Origin: Candidatus Latescibacterota bacterium
GTDB taxonomy: Bacteria; Latescibacterota; UBA2968; UBA8231
Reading direction: 5' to 3'
DNA: 64,000 nucleotides
Assembly: GCA_965223905.1 (NCBI GenBank)
Contig: CBDCXV010000009.1
Span: forward strand, 448,001-512,000
In this document: one piece after another, positions 1-9,203 of the stretch
Numbering within the stretch: the stretch's first letter is position 1
How the letters are laid out: each line of letters opens with the position of its first letter
Notes under the pieces: generated by a model
Database searches by the model: none
What the model was told of the DNA's origin: nothing
The model's input: only the letters and a program-made list of their open reading frames with translations
Made by a program: the position numbers and the translations under genes

Positions 1-3000
1 TGGGGATACTCGTGATCCGGCTGGTCGTGGTGTCGCCGCTCACATCCCCTCGGGACTCCAAGACGGCCTGCGACTCCGGGCTAACCTCATAGGTGATCGC
101 GTCGCGCCGGCCTTCACCCACGTCAAGGGCATAGCGCCGGGGCACGAACTGCTGCCCGTTGGCGTAGATTCGGTTCCCGGGTACGTACTCCCGCAGGGCC
201 ACTCCGGGAGGGCGTGGCAGATCGAAGTCATAGATGCCACGGACCCAGCGAGGCACTTCTGCAAATCCAATCACGGTTCCCGTCTCGAGACCGTAACCGG
301 GCAGGAAGCCCTCCGCCGCCAGGACCCCGTAGGTAAAGACATCGTCGATCCCCTCGGCCTGCTGCCGTTCACGCAGATCGACCGCCTTCATCCGCCGGAC
401 GAGACGGTCGCAGCGGCGGTAGAATGACTGCTGCTCGTCGTCGAGGGCCCCGACCTTGCGGCGGTGGTCCTCGAGCATGGCCATCTGGTCCAAGGCCCAC
501 CTCAGCCGCCGCCGCAGCCGGGCGATCACCGCTTCGAGCTCACCCGTCATGCCAAGGACATATGCCGCAAGTCGTTCTCCTGAAACGACCTGTTCATCGG
601 CCACCGGCCAGCCCTGCTGAAACGCTCTTGATACGGCGTTTTCGATGTGGTCCTGGTGCTTCGTGATCACCGTGTGCAGGACGCTTACGTCGAGCGGCTT
701 GCCGCGTACTTCTCCGGCGGCATTGAAGAGGTAGTCCCGGATCAGTGACGGAAAGGCCGTCTTGAGGGCAGGCTGGATCTCCTCCCGGTCTGTGTCGCTC
801 AGCCCGCTGCTCGGCCTGGCCAGGTGGTGCAGCACCGTCACGACCTGGGCGTGGACGTGTTTGGCAACCATCAACTCGTTGGCCATGTTGAAAGCAGGTG
901 GATCGATCCGCCCCCCGAGCATCTTCAGCGGTTCGGAGAAGTAAGCCCGGTCATGGCTGACATTTCGGCAGTAGGTCAGGTTCACGGCCATCCGGTGCCG
1001 CCGTCCGGCGCGGCCTGCGCGCTGCCAGTAGTTGGCCGCCACGGGCGGCACATTCCTCATCAGTACGGCATCCAAGGCGCCGATGTCGACCCCAAGCTCC
1101 AACGTCTGCGTGCACGCCAGCGTGTTGACAACCTCGCTGTCTCCCTTGAAGAGCTCCTCGATCTCCTCCCGCTCGCGGTGTGGCACCATGGCCGTGTGCT
1201 CGCGGGGGCGCAGCAAGATGTAGTCCTGATCGAGAAGCTGCAGGTCGTAGCTTTCCGGATCCTCCGCCACGTACTCCACGGTTCCGTCGCACCGCCAAGC
1301 CATGCACTTGTCCAGCGGAGGCCGTCGCACAGTGCGGCGTCGGCAGGTCATGCAGCGATATACGCCACTGTTGGGGGAAAGCATGAGTCTGTCAGCATCG
1401 AGCTGAAAGGTGCCGGGGCAATTGGGGAGGGCTCTGCCGTAGCTGCCCATCAGCGTCTGCGGCACGAGGAGGCGAGTGTCCTCCGTCAGGTAAGCCCACA
1501 ACTCCTTGAGGAATTCTTCCATATCATCCCCATCGACACCCCACTTCCGGGCGATGTCCATGACCGTCGTCCGGTGACCCGTGCTGGACAGCCACTGGAC
1601 AATCCGTCCCCGGTCGTCGGAGGGATCGCGGGTCAGCTTCAGTCCCCTGGGCACACCGCTCATGTCCGGAAGGTAGCCTCTCTCGATTTCTCGCATCCCA
1701 GCCTGCCAGTACTTGCTGAAGATGTGACCCGTGCGATCCAGCAGGACAGGCCGGCGTCTCTCCAAGTCCAGTAAGCCGCGGACGCCTTTGTTCAAGGTCT
1801 CCGCCGGAATCCCAATGCGGCCAGACCATTTGGTGACAAAGTCGTTCCGGGAATCGACCCCGAGGTAGTCTATTCGCATGCGGCCCCAAGGCTCTAGACC
1901 AATCTGCTGGCGAGCAGAGGCGGTGATCTCACGGAGGACGAGGATTCGCAGCAGGTACTGGCGTTCTTCCCGGTGGACCACGCCTCCGGCCTCCTTCGGG
2001 GCAACCGCCCATACCTCCGGCAACAAGGTCTGCGAAAGGGCGTCGTCTTCCTCCATCATGGCGTCCAATCTGTGGGTCAGGTCTCCGACAGACAGGCTGG
2101 TCGCAAGGCTTCTGGTCATCAGTGACCTCAGGCGGAACCGCCGGGCATGGTCGCGCATCCAGCCAGCTTGGAAGGCTGCGTCCTGTCTGTTATCGGCGAA
2201 GACCAGGAGCCGCTTCCGCTCGGCATGGTGGATCATGTCCTGGGCGAGCACGTGCACGTCGGCCACGTTGGTGGCCCGAACCGGCCGGACCGGCTCGCGG
2301 AAACTGCCCAAACGTTGTCGGCCCGTGGCCCCGCAGCAGACACACCGGGTGAGGTGACCCGGCCGTTTCTTCCGCTGGGGAATGGCGAGCAGGGGAATCT
2401 GGGGTCCGCCCTGACCGCAGGCTAGGCAACGAACGTGCGTGTCGGCGTGGGCGGCACCGCAGTACCGGCATAGATACAATTTGGCGAACCGGTGATTCTC
2501 TTCATCCTCTTCATCATCGGATTCGCTTATCAAGTGGTCGATCAGTAGCAGCCGCCGGCCTCCGCGCACCTGGTCAAGGGGCTCCCAGTAGATGGCGTCA
2601 CCACTTGCGATGCCGCCACCGGGCATGCGGGCCTCGTACTCGAATCCGCCCAGGCTGTGCTCGAAATAGTGCTGACCGCAGGTCGTGCAGGTGCTGACGC
2701 GGAATCGAAGCCCGTCACCATTATCCTCTTCAATTTCCTCTGCCGATAGGTGGAGAACCGGCTCGTCGCTCCCCTCGGCGAAGGTCACGACGGCAGCCGT
2801 TACCCCACGGAGGAACCCGTGCACGACAGGCCGCACCAAGGGCCGACTGTCCTTGCGGGCAGCCGCCCCCAGAGTCAGCCAAAGCACAAGTTCCTCCTCT
2901 CGGACTTCACGCCCAAGAGCTTCGGCAAGCTCTTCGAGGAGATCTCCAAGTGCCCTCGGTGTCTCGAGAAGCAAGGCTACCTGGTACAGCAACTCATTTT

Positions 3001-4207
3001 CGGAGAGGTGCGCGTGCAAGACCTCCTCCCAGGCACCGTCTCCGAAAGAAGTCTCGGTCAGTTTGCCCCAGACCTGCTGGAGGGCCTCTCCAGGTTCATC
3101 GGCGTCAACAGCCGCCAGCACCTCACTCAGGCGTTCTGCCGGCTCGCTCAAGGGCGACGGAATCTGCCGGTCTTCCGCCCAGGTGTCCTCCTCGTAGACC
3201 TCCTGAACCGTTGCCACGGAGTCCCGGTCCACCCCAAAGAACCGGCTGGCAAAATCACGAGCCCCATCCGGATCGTCCTCGTCCACGATCGTGGCTGAAG
3301 TGGCTACGCATGTCGTCTGGTCCGCATCCCGGTCACAGAAAGCCCGGAGACGCCGAACCAAACAGGCTGCCTCCGCACCCCCCGCGCCAGAAAAGGTGTG
3401 CGCCTCATCGAAAATCAGGTAGTCGAGGCGCGCCCCGTCGAACAACTCGACATCGCTCTGGCGAGTCAGAAGCAGCTCAAGCTGCTTCACATTCGTAAGC
3501 AAGAGGCGTGGCTGCTTGCCCGCTGTCCGCATCACTTCCCGGCTGCACACCTCTTCCGGGGGATGGATCGCAGCACCCTCTCCCCGCTGACGAGCCTCCT
3601 TCAAAGCAGCCTGATAGTCTGCCCTCGAGGAGCCGGATTTCAACCGACGTCCGGTCATGTCGGCCTCGTGCTCGGGCGTCTTGCCGATATACATTCCGAA
3701 GGGGATCCCCGTTCCCGCCAACAGCTCCCGCAGTCGGCCGAGCTGGTCCTCGGCCAGAGCGTTCATCGGGTAGACGATGACCGCGCAGATCCCCGATGGC
3801 GCCTTCTGATCGCGAAGCTCGAGACAACGGCTGATGATGGGGTAGAGGAAACACTCGCTCTTCCCGGAACCCGTCCCCGTCGAGATCAGGGTCGGATAGC
3901 CCTCCACAATAGACCGGATGGCAGCTTCCTGATGTCCGTAAAGCGTCGGATAGGGAACGAGCTGCCGCATGTGGCCATGGAGAACCCCCTCTCCCGTTAG
4001 CGTCGCGATCGAGGCACCCGGGATGAAAGCTCGGGAAAGGCTTACGTAAGGACCTTTGAGTAGAGGGGTCTGACGGGTGGTATCCAGGGACAGGAGATCC
4101 CGCATCTGCCGATGCAGCCCCTCATCGGCGAAAGGGTAGGCAGTCAGCTGGTAACGGAGAAAACTCTGCACAACCCTTTCGGTGTAGGAAAGAGGATTCA
4201 GGGCCAT
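1..4207 (-). CDS. DEAD/DEAH-box SF2 helicase, YprA/SftH/DrmA-related (DUF1998-type); 3' end outside the window, >1400 aa
   Basis: Absent from the ORF track because there is no stop in the window. Manual translation from ATG 4207 gives MALNPLSYTERVVQSFLRYQ, Walker A TGTGSGKS, VIVYPMNALAEDQ, LIFDEAH, ATSAT, TQTLELGVDIG and NYWQRAGRAGRR. The frame at ~1030 matches the start codon. Confidence 0.9.
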   Translation of the reverse strand, partial: MALNPLSYTERVVQSFLRYQLTAYPFADEGLHRQMRDLLSLDTTRQTPLLKGPYVSLSRAFIPGASIATLTGEGVLHGHMRQLVPYPTLYGHQEAAIRSIVEGYPTLISTGTGSGKSECFLYPIISRCLELRDQKAPSGICAVIVYPMNALAEDQLGRLRELLAGTGIPFGMYIGKTPEHEADMTGRRLKSGSSRADYQAALKEARQRGEGAAIHPPEEVCSREVMRTAGKQPRLLLTNVKQLELLLTRQSDVELFDGARLDYLIFDEAHTFSGAGGAEAACLVRRLRAFCDRDADQTTCVATSATIVDEDDPDGARDFASRFFGVDRDSVATVQEVYEEDTWAEDRQIPSPLSEPAERLSEVLAAVDADEPGEALQQVWGKLTETSFGDGAWEEVLHAHLSENELLYQVALLLETPRALGDLLEELAEALGREVREEELVLWLTLGAAARKDSRPLVRPVVHGFLRGVTAAVVTFAEGSDEPVLHLSAEEIEEDNGDGLRFRVSTCTTCGQHYFEHSLGGFEYEARMPGGGIASGDAIYWEPLDQVRGGRRLLLIDHLISESDDEEDEENHRFAKLYLCRYCGAAHADTHVRCLACGQGGPQIPLLAIPQRKKRPGHLTRCVCCGATGRQRLGSFREPVRPVRATNVADVHVLAQDMIHHAERKRLLVFADNRQDAAFQAGWMRDHARRFRLRSLMTRSLATSLSVGDLTHRLDAMMEEDDALSQTLLPEVWAVAPKEAGGVVHREERQYLLRILVLREITASARQQIGLEPWGRMRIDYLGVDSRNDFVTKWSGRIGIPAETLNKGVRGLLDLERRRPVLLDRTGHIFSKYWQAGMREIERGYLPDMSGVPRGLKLTRDPSDDRGRIVQWLSSTGHRTTVMDIARKWGVDGDDMEEFLKELWAYLTEDTRLLVPQTLMGSYGRALPNCPGTFQLDADRLMLSPNSGVYRCMTCRRRTVRRPPLDKCMAWRCDGTVEYVAEDPESYDLQLLDQDYILLRPREHTAMVPHREREEIEELFKGDSEVVNTLACTQTLELGVDIGALDAVLMRNVPPVAANYWQRAGRAGRRHRMAVNLTYCRNVSHDRAYFSEPLKMLGGRIDPPAFNMANELMVAKHVHAQVVTVLHHLARPSSGLSDTDREEIQPALKTAFPSLIRDYLFNAAGEVRGKPLDVSVLHTVITKHQDHIENAVSRAFQQGWPVADEQVVSGERLAAYVLGMTGELEAVIARLRRRLRWALDQMAMLEDHRRKVGALDDEQQSFYRRCDRLVRRMKAVDLRERQQAEGIDDVFTYGVLAAEGFLPGYGLETGTVIGFAEVPRWVRGIYDFDLPRPPGVALREYVPGNRIYANGQQFVPRRYALDVGEGRRDAITYEVSPESQAVLESRGDVSGDTTTSRITSIP

Positions 4208-4274
4208 ATGTTATCTTGTCTCTTGTCTTTGAAAGAAGGTCGGGATCGCAAACTCGACGTTCGTTCGTTGTTTT

Positions 4275-7200
4275 TCACTGGAAGTTTCCATTCTCCCCCA
4301 GAAGGTTGCGTGCGTGCAGTTCACACTCCATCCAGGACACGTCCAGATCTTCTGCAGATTGCCAGTCATAGAACTTTTTTCCAAGACGACTCCTCACGTG
4401 CAGGGGATTCGACTTGGAAGGATCTAAATTCAGCCCCAGATCCGAGAGGTCTAATGTCTCCGGCAGCTCCCAATTCAGATCTTCTCCATACATAAGCGCT
4501 GCAATAGCCAAGACAGACTGACGGAGTTCCGGTTCATCTGACTGACCAGTGCGCCAGAGCCCCTTGCTGCGTAGCTGTCTTCTGGTTTGGCTGTTGCGGT
4601 ATTTTTCAGTGGGCCACTCACATTGATCCAAGATATGGCACATATCCACTTCATCGAGACCGTAGAGCCGGGCAACAGCGGCATCCAGAGCAGACAGCCT
4701 GCGAAGGCGTTCATACCTGGAGATTGCCCACTGGCGCCGCCACCCTTTCTCATTCCTGAAGCCGAGCCATACTGGGGCGTGAGCAATGCTGCAACACGAC
4801 AGACCAAGCACGGATAAAGCCAAGTCCCGTTCAACAAAATGACAGGAGCTACGGCGTGGAAGCGGGTTCTGCTCAAACAGGTGGTAATCGAGATGGAGAC
4901 CGACCAACCGATTCCTCGTCACGAAGTCGAACACGAAGGAGTTCATGCATGCGGCAAGGACCAGAGAAAGAACCTCATCCTCACACCAGAAGATGGCAGC
5001 CGTATCTCCCGTGGGGTATCGCCAGATGGGAGTGGCGATGGATGACCGTGCATTTGTTGCTGAGCCGACGCGCATGTGTGACACCTTTAGACCGTCGAAA
5101 TACCTTTCTCGGCCTTTTAGCGTTGCCACGCCTACAAGAAACTGGGGCTCAACCTGCTTGGCGTCCCAGGAAATATCGCGCCACACTGCGCCTCGTCCCT
5201 TCCCGCTCACCCAAGCCTTCTGGCTGTAGTCGAACTGCCCAATCATCCGCCCTTCGTACAGGGGCAGCGCCACATCCTCCACTCGCTCCTCGTCGATCCA
5301 CTGGTTCCCATCCCGGGACAGGATGATGCCCTCACAGATCTCTACCCGCTTGGCCCCCGGGGGTGCCGGGGAGGTCGGCGTCCTCGGCTTCCACTCTCCT
5401 TTCAGCCAGCGGTTATACTCGTCCGGCTGGTAGCCCTTTTCCTCCCAGTGGGGGCGCGGGAGGAACAGGCCGGAGTCGCTCGTCATGTCGAATTCTCTAG
5501 CGTACTCAATTTGCCAGCCTCCTGGCCCATCGTCACCCAGCAGGACCGAGTTGGCATAAATCTTCTCGAGAATCTCCAGATCGCGGGACGACTGGATCTC
5601 CAGGATTGACGAAGACTTCGGAGAGAACTGTTCTACTTGCCGACGCTCATACGGTGTCACGTGCGCCTCGGCGGTCTCCCAGTCATCGAGTCGCCGGCGC
5701 ATGAAAGCCGTCCTAATAGCCTCCGTTCGGCCAGACTTCTCGATAATGACCGGATTGAACTTGAAGCGGCTGTCGATGTCGAAGACCTTGTCGCGGTTCT
5801 CGAACCCGAACAGCCACTCCCACCGACACTTATCGAGGAAAAGTGACCTCAGTGGCTCTGTCCCGTGGTCTGAATAGAGCCCCGAGGGCACGATGCAACC
5901 CATGCGCCCCCCTTTCCGCAGCAGGGCATGACCCCGTTCCAGAAACAACTTGAACAAATTGACGTCTGCCGAACCCTGGTAACGATACGCGTGCTCGGTA
6001 TCTGCGTACCCCTTTGACTTTGCCCTGGAAGCACGCCATTCGGCGTGCATTTCGGCGTTCTTTTTGCCACGTGTCGGGGAGAAGCGGTGGGTAGAAGTGT
6101 CAGCAGTGGCCGGATCGCCGAAGGGGAATGCGGCATACTTGAAATAATTCGAATGGCTGCGGATGTCGGCTTGGTAGTCGAGCCAACGGGTTTCCAAGGT
6201 CTCATCCGCAAAATACTCGGTCTGCTTGCGCAGCGCTTCCTGCTTGCCATAGCTCCGGTAAAGCGGATCGACGTTGGAGAAGAATTCCTTCGAGTTGGGC
6301 TTGGCCACTTCCCACGGGGGATTCCCAAGGATAGCGTCGAAGCCGCTGTTACTCGTGCAGAAGACATCCGGGAACTCCAGCTCCCAGTGAAAGAAGCGTT
6401 GTTTGGCTGCAACCCGCTCTGCAATGATTCTAGCCCTGTCCTCAGGATGACCGAAGCTCGAGGGCGGTGGGGCGGCATCCAGGGAGTTAGGTGGCCAGTA
6501 CCAAGAGGCACACCAAAGGTCGAAGGCTTCTTTCAAGGAGCGCCAGCCCGGGGCTCCGAGGAACTCCAGGCGATAGCGACGGGTCTGCTCACTTGCGTTG
6601 TGCACGGGCATGGAGTGAAGATCTTCGAGGACCTCCACCATTTCGTCGTGTACTCGGGCTGGCTCATCGGCGTACTGCTCACCGAGCTGCCACTGGCCCG
6701 TCATGCTCGCCAGGAAGTCAGGGACTAAGGTTTCCTTGAAAAATGCCTTTAGGACCTTGCCACGTAGGTTCTTCCCAAAGTGCACGCCGTTACTGTGTGT
6801 CTTGTCGCCACCCTCGCGGTTTTTCCAAGCCATGGCCGGGTAGTGCAGGAACTGGTCGAACCAGGCACCTACCAGTGAGTTTCCGCATTTGATCTTGTGG
6901 TCGAGGAAAGAAAAGGGCAGCTCCCGGTCCATCGTTTCAAGCCACAGCGCCAAGCGGCACAACTCCACGGCCAAGGGGTCCAGATCGACTCCGTAGATAC
7001 AGTGCTCGACCACGTAGCGCCTCAGGATCGCCTTCATCCGAGGCTCGAAATCACCCTCACCCGGGGGACTTGGCAGTCGAAGACCCTGCAGCGACTCCTC
7101 ATCGGCGGCCGCCTCTTCGAGTCCCAATAGCTGGTCAACCGGACGGCGCCAGTCACCGTCCAGCCGATCGTGCTCATGCAGGGCATCGTAGAGAGCCTCG

Positions 7201-9203
7201 GTCAGAAACCTGACGGCTGCGACAAGGAAAGAGCCCGAACCACAGCTCGGATCGCACACCTTCAGTTCGAGGATCTCCTCGGGTTTTCTGGCGGTCCACT
7301 GCTCAGGGGGCGCATCCTCATTTGGCCTGTGATCAACCAAGGGCGGCATGTATGCCAGCGGGCGCAGGGTGCGATGGACCGTTGGAACAGCCAGTTGCGG
7401 CCGTGTGTAGAAGGTGCCGGAACCTTTCCGGGTGCCGCCCCAGCGCACCAGGAACCATTCCCCCGGCTGCACGACCCGTTTGGTCAGTTGCCGGGCCTTC
7501 GATTCCAGCTGTCTCTCAAAGGCAAGCTGCTTCTCAGGTGTCTGCCTTCCCCCGGGCTTCCGGACGAGCCCCGAGGCCAGAGCCGCCCGGCGGGCCCAGG
7601 TCAGAGCCCTTTGCCGAGATGCCTCCCCCACCGAAGCCTGCTCCTCGCTGATATCCAGGTCGTCCTCATCACTCGGTTCGGCCTCTTGATCCGCAGACTC
7701 CCCGTCTTCCTCACCTGAGTCCTCGGTTTCCTCTTCCGTCAACACCTCCTCCGGTATCTCCTCGTCTCCCAGGGTACGGGATTCCTTCATCGCCTCGAAG
7801 AGCTGTCGAATCTGGCGATCCTCCATAGCCTCCAGACCCGACAAGGGCAGGGCAGGCTCATTGCCCACAGCAAGGAAGAGGACCGGGTCGTCCTCCGGCG
7901 CGGTACGCAACTCGTAGTCCAGGAGACCTTCGTAGAGTACTCCGATGTACTCGGTGGACAGCCCGGCGAAATCGACGGGCACCATCGTGCGCGTTGTCGC
8001 CCGCCCCTGCCGAACCCGTACCTGCGTACGCATCAGTAGTTCCAGCATTTCGAAAACAATTCCGTCGGGCATCAGCTGCAACTGGGGATCGAAGCAGGCA
8101 TTCTCGAACACGGACAGTGCCCTGTTGACCGGGTCGGGGTCAGCCGGTTTCCCCGGTGCGAACAATTCACCCCCATATGCCGGCACCCCCAGGGACGGAT
8201 GGTCGGCCCCTTTGTGGATAACACGGAACAGGCCTAGGACCCGCGGCCAAGCGCCGAAGCGGTGACTCAGGCGAGAGTGGCCTCGAACGGCTACCTGCTG
8301 CAGGGCCTCGAAGAGACCCTGGAGACCATAGCTGTTCTCGTACGTAGGCTCGGAGCGGGGCAGAAGCTCCCGTGTCTCTGCAAACAGGATGACGACCAGC
8401 CGCATTACGACCCGAACGGCAGCACGGTAGATGTCTGCGCTGTCAATGTCGTTCGCGTTCTTCGACAGGGCAGGTCCGTGGGCGCGCACTAATGCTTCGA
8501 CCGCCTCGCGCACGCGCTCCCCCATCAACGCCGACAGCTCCGACTGCCCCTTGCGGCTGTCCTGGACAGCCGTAACCAACGGCACTGGTTGATCCTTTTC
8601 CGCGCTGGCCAACAGCGCGGGCTGCAGGAGCGTCCGCAAAGCTTGCAACTGGGGGCCGGGCTCACCCTGCTCGAACCAGAGCTCCGTGTCCCACTCGCAC
8701 GCCGCCTCGAAGTCGAGGCCGGCATACAGCAGCCGCCACTGTCGTCCGTTTGTCACCAGGGCCAAGGGCCGATGCGCCTTGCGGAGCCACTGGATGCAGT
8801 CACTTATGACCTTTCTTCCGCGTCCCAATCCCAGAATGGCCGAGTTGTCGAAGAAGACGGGCAACGCGCCGCCCCGGTGCGCCGTCCATACATGTCTAGG
8901 CTTCAGCCCTTCACCAGTTACGAGGGGTTCCGTCCATTCCGGCAGCACCGCCGACCCCCTTGCCCAGATGCCATCACCTCCCTCGAACCCACACAGCTTT
9001 TCCAACACCCAGGAAACGAACTGGCCCGCCTCCACGTCGCCGGACTCCCTCCTGTTTAACTCCCGGCGTAGCTGATCGAAGCGGTACCTGGGCAGATCCG
9101 GTGCCGCATAGTCGTTACTGATCCAGTTGACCACATCCGGAGACAGGAGCAGTCCGAAGTGCCGGAGACTTTCCCACCAGGTGCGTGTGGATGTCGCGTT
9201 CAT
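4275..9203 (-). CDS. Large N6-adenine DNA methyltransferase, Eco57I/type IIG-like (DrmMI-like), 1642 aa
   Basis: Motifs GTFYT, motif I DPSCGSGSFL, IYGVDLDPLAVELCRLALWLE, FFHWELEFP, motif IV GNPPW and LVTNGRQWRL. Its ATG overlaps the upstream TGA (ATGA at 9200-9203). Confidence 0.9.
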   Translation of the reverse strand: MNATSTRTWWESLRHFGLLLSPDVVNWISNDYAAPDLPRYRFDQLRRELNRRESGDVEAGQFVSWVLEKLCGFEGGDGIWARGSAVLPEWTEPLVTGEGLKPRHVWTAHRGGALPVFFDNSAILGLGRGRKVISDCIQWLRKAHRPLALVTNGRQWRLLYAGLDFEAACEWDTELWFEQGEPGPQLQALRTLLQPALLASAEKDQPVPLVTAVQDSRKGQSELSALMGERVREAVEALVRAHGPALSKNANDIDSADIYRAAVRVVMRLVVILFAETRELLPRSEPTYENSYGLQGLFEALQQVAVRGHSRLSHRFGAWPRVLGLFRVIHKGADHPSLGVPAYGGELFAPGKPADPDPVNRALSVFENACFDPQLQLMPDGIVFEMLELLMRTQVRVRQGRATTRTMVPVDFAGLSTEYIGVLYEGLLDYELRTAPEDDPVLFLAVGNEPALPLSGLEAMEDRQIRQLFEAMKESRTLGDEEIPEEVLTEEETEDSGEEDGESADQEAEPSDEDDLDISEEQASVGEASRQRALTWARRAALASGLVRKPGGRQTPEKQLAFERQLESKARQLTKRVVQPGEWFLVRWGGTRKGSGTFYTRPQLAVPTVHRTLRPLAYMPPLVDHRPNEDAPPEQWTARKPEEILELKVCDPSCGSGSFLVAAVRFLTEALYDALHEHDRLDGDWRRPVDQLLGLEEAAADEESLQGLRLPSPPGEGDFEPRMKAILRRYVVEHCIYGVDLDPLAVELCRLALWLETMDRELPFSFLDHKIKCGNSLVGAWFDQFLHYPAMAWKNREGGDKTHSNGVHFGKNLRGKVLKAFFKETLVPDFLASMTGQWQLGEQYADEPARVHDEMVEVLEDLHSMPVHNASEQTRRYRLEFLGAPGWRSLKEAFDLWCASWYWPPNSLDAAPPPSSFGHPEDRARIIAERVAAKQRFFHWELEFPDVFCTSNSGFDAILGNPPWEVAKPNSKEFFSNVDPLYRSYGKQEALRKQTEYFADETLETRWLDYQADIRSHSNYFKYAAFPFGDPATADTSTHRFSPTRGKKNAEMHAEWRASRAKSKGYADTEHAYRYQGSADVNLFKLFLERGHALLRKGGRMGCIVPSGLYSDHGTEPLRSLFLDKCRWEWLFGFENRDKVFDIDSRFKFNPVIIEKSGRTEAIRTAFMRRRLDDWETAEAHVTPYERRQVEQFSPKSSSILEIQSSRDLEILEKIYANSVLLGDDGPGGWQIEYAREFDMTSDSGLFLPRPHWEEKGYQPDEYNRWLKGEWKPRTPTSPAPPGAKRVEICEGIILSRDGNQWIDEERVEDVALPLYEGRMIGQFDYSQKAWVSGKGRGAVWRDISWDAKQVEPQFLVGVATLKGRERYFDGLKVSHMRVGSATNARSSIATPIWRYPTGDTAAIFWCEDEVLSLVLAACMNSFVFDFVTRNRLVGLHLDYHLFEQNPLPRRSSCHFVERDLALSVLGLSCCSIAHAPVWLGFRNEKGWRRQWAISRYERLRRLSALDAAVARLYGLDEVDMCHILDQCEWPTEKYRNSQTRRQLRSKGLWRTGQSDEPELRQSVLAIAALMYGEDLNWELPETLDLSDLGLNLDPSKSNPLHVRSRLGKKFYDWQSAEDLDVSWMECELHARNLLGENGNFQ

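Noticed and set aside
824-4000. Plus-strand ORFs such as 824-1774 and 3398-4000
   Set aside because: Antisense shadows of the minus-strand helicase, typical of high-GC DNA.
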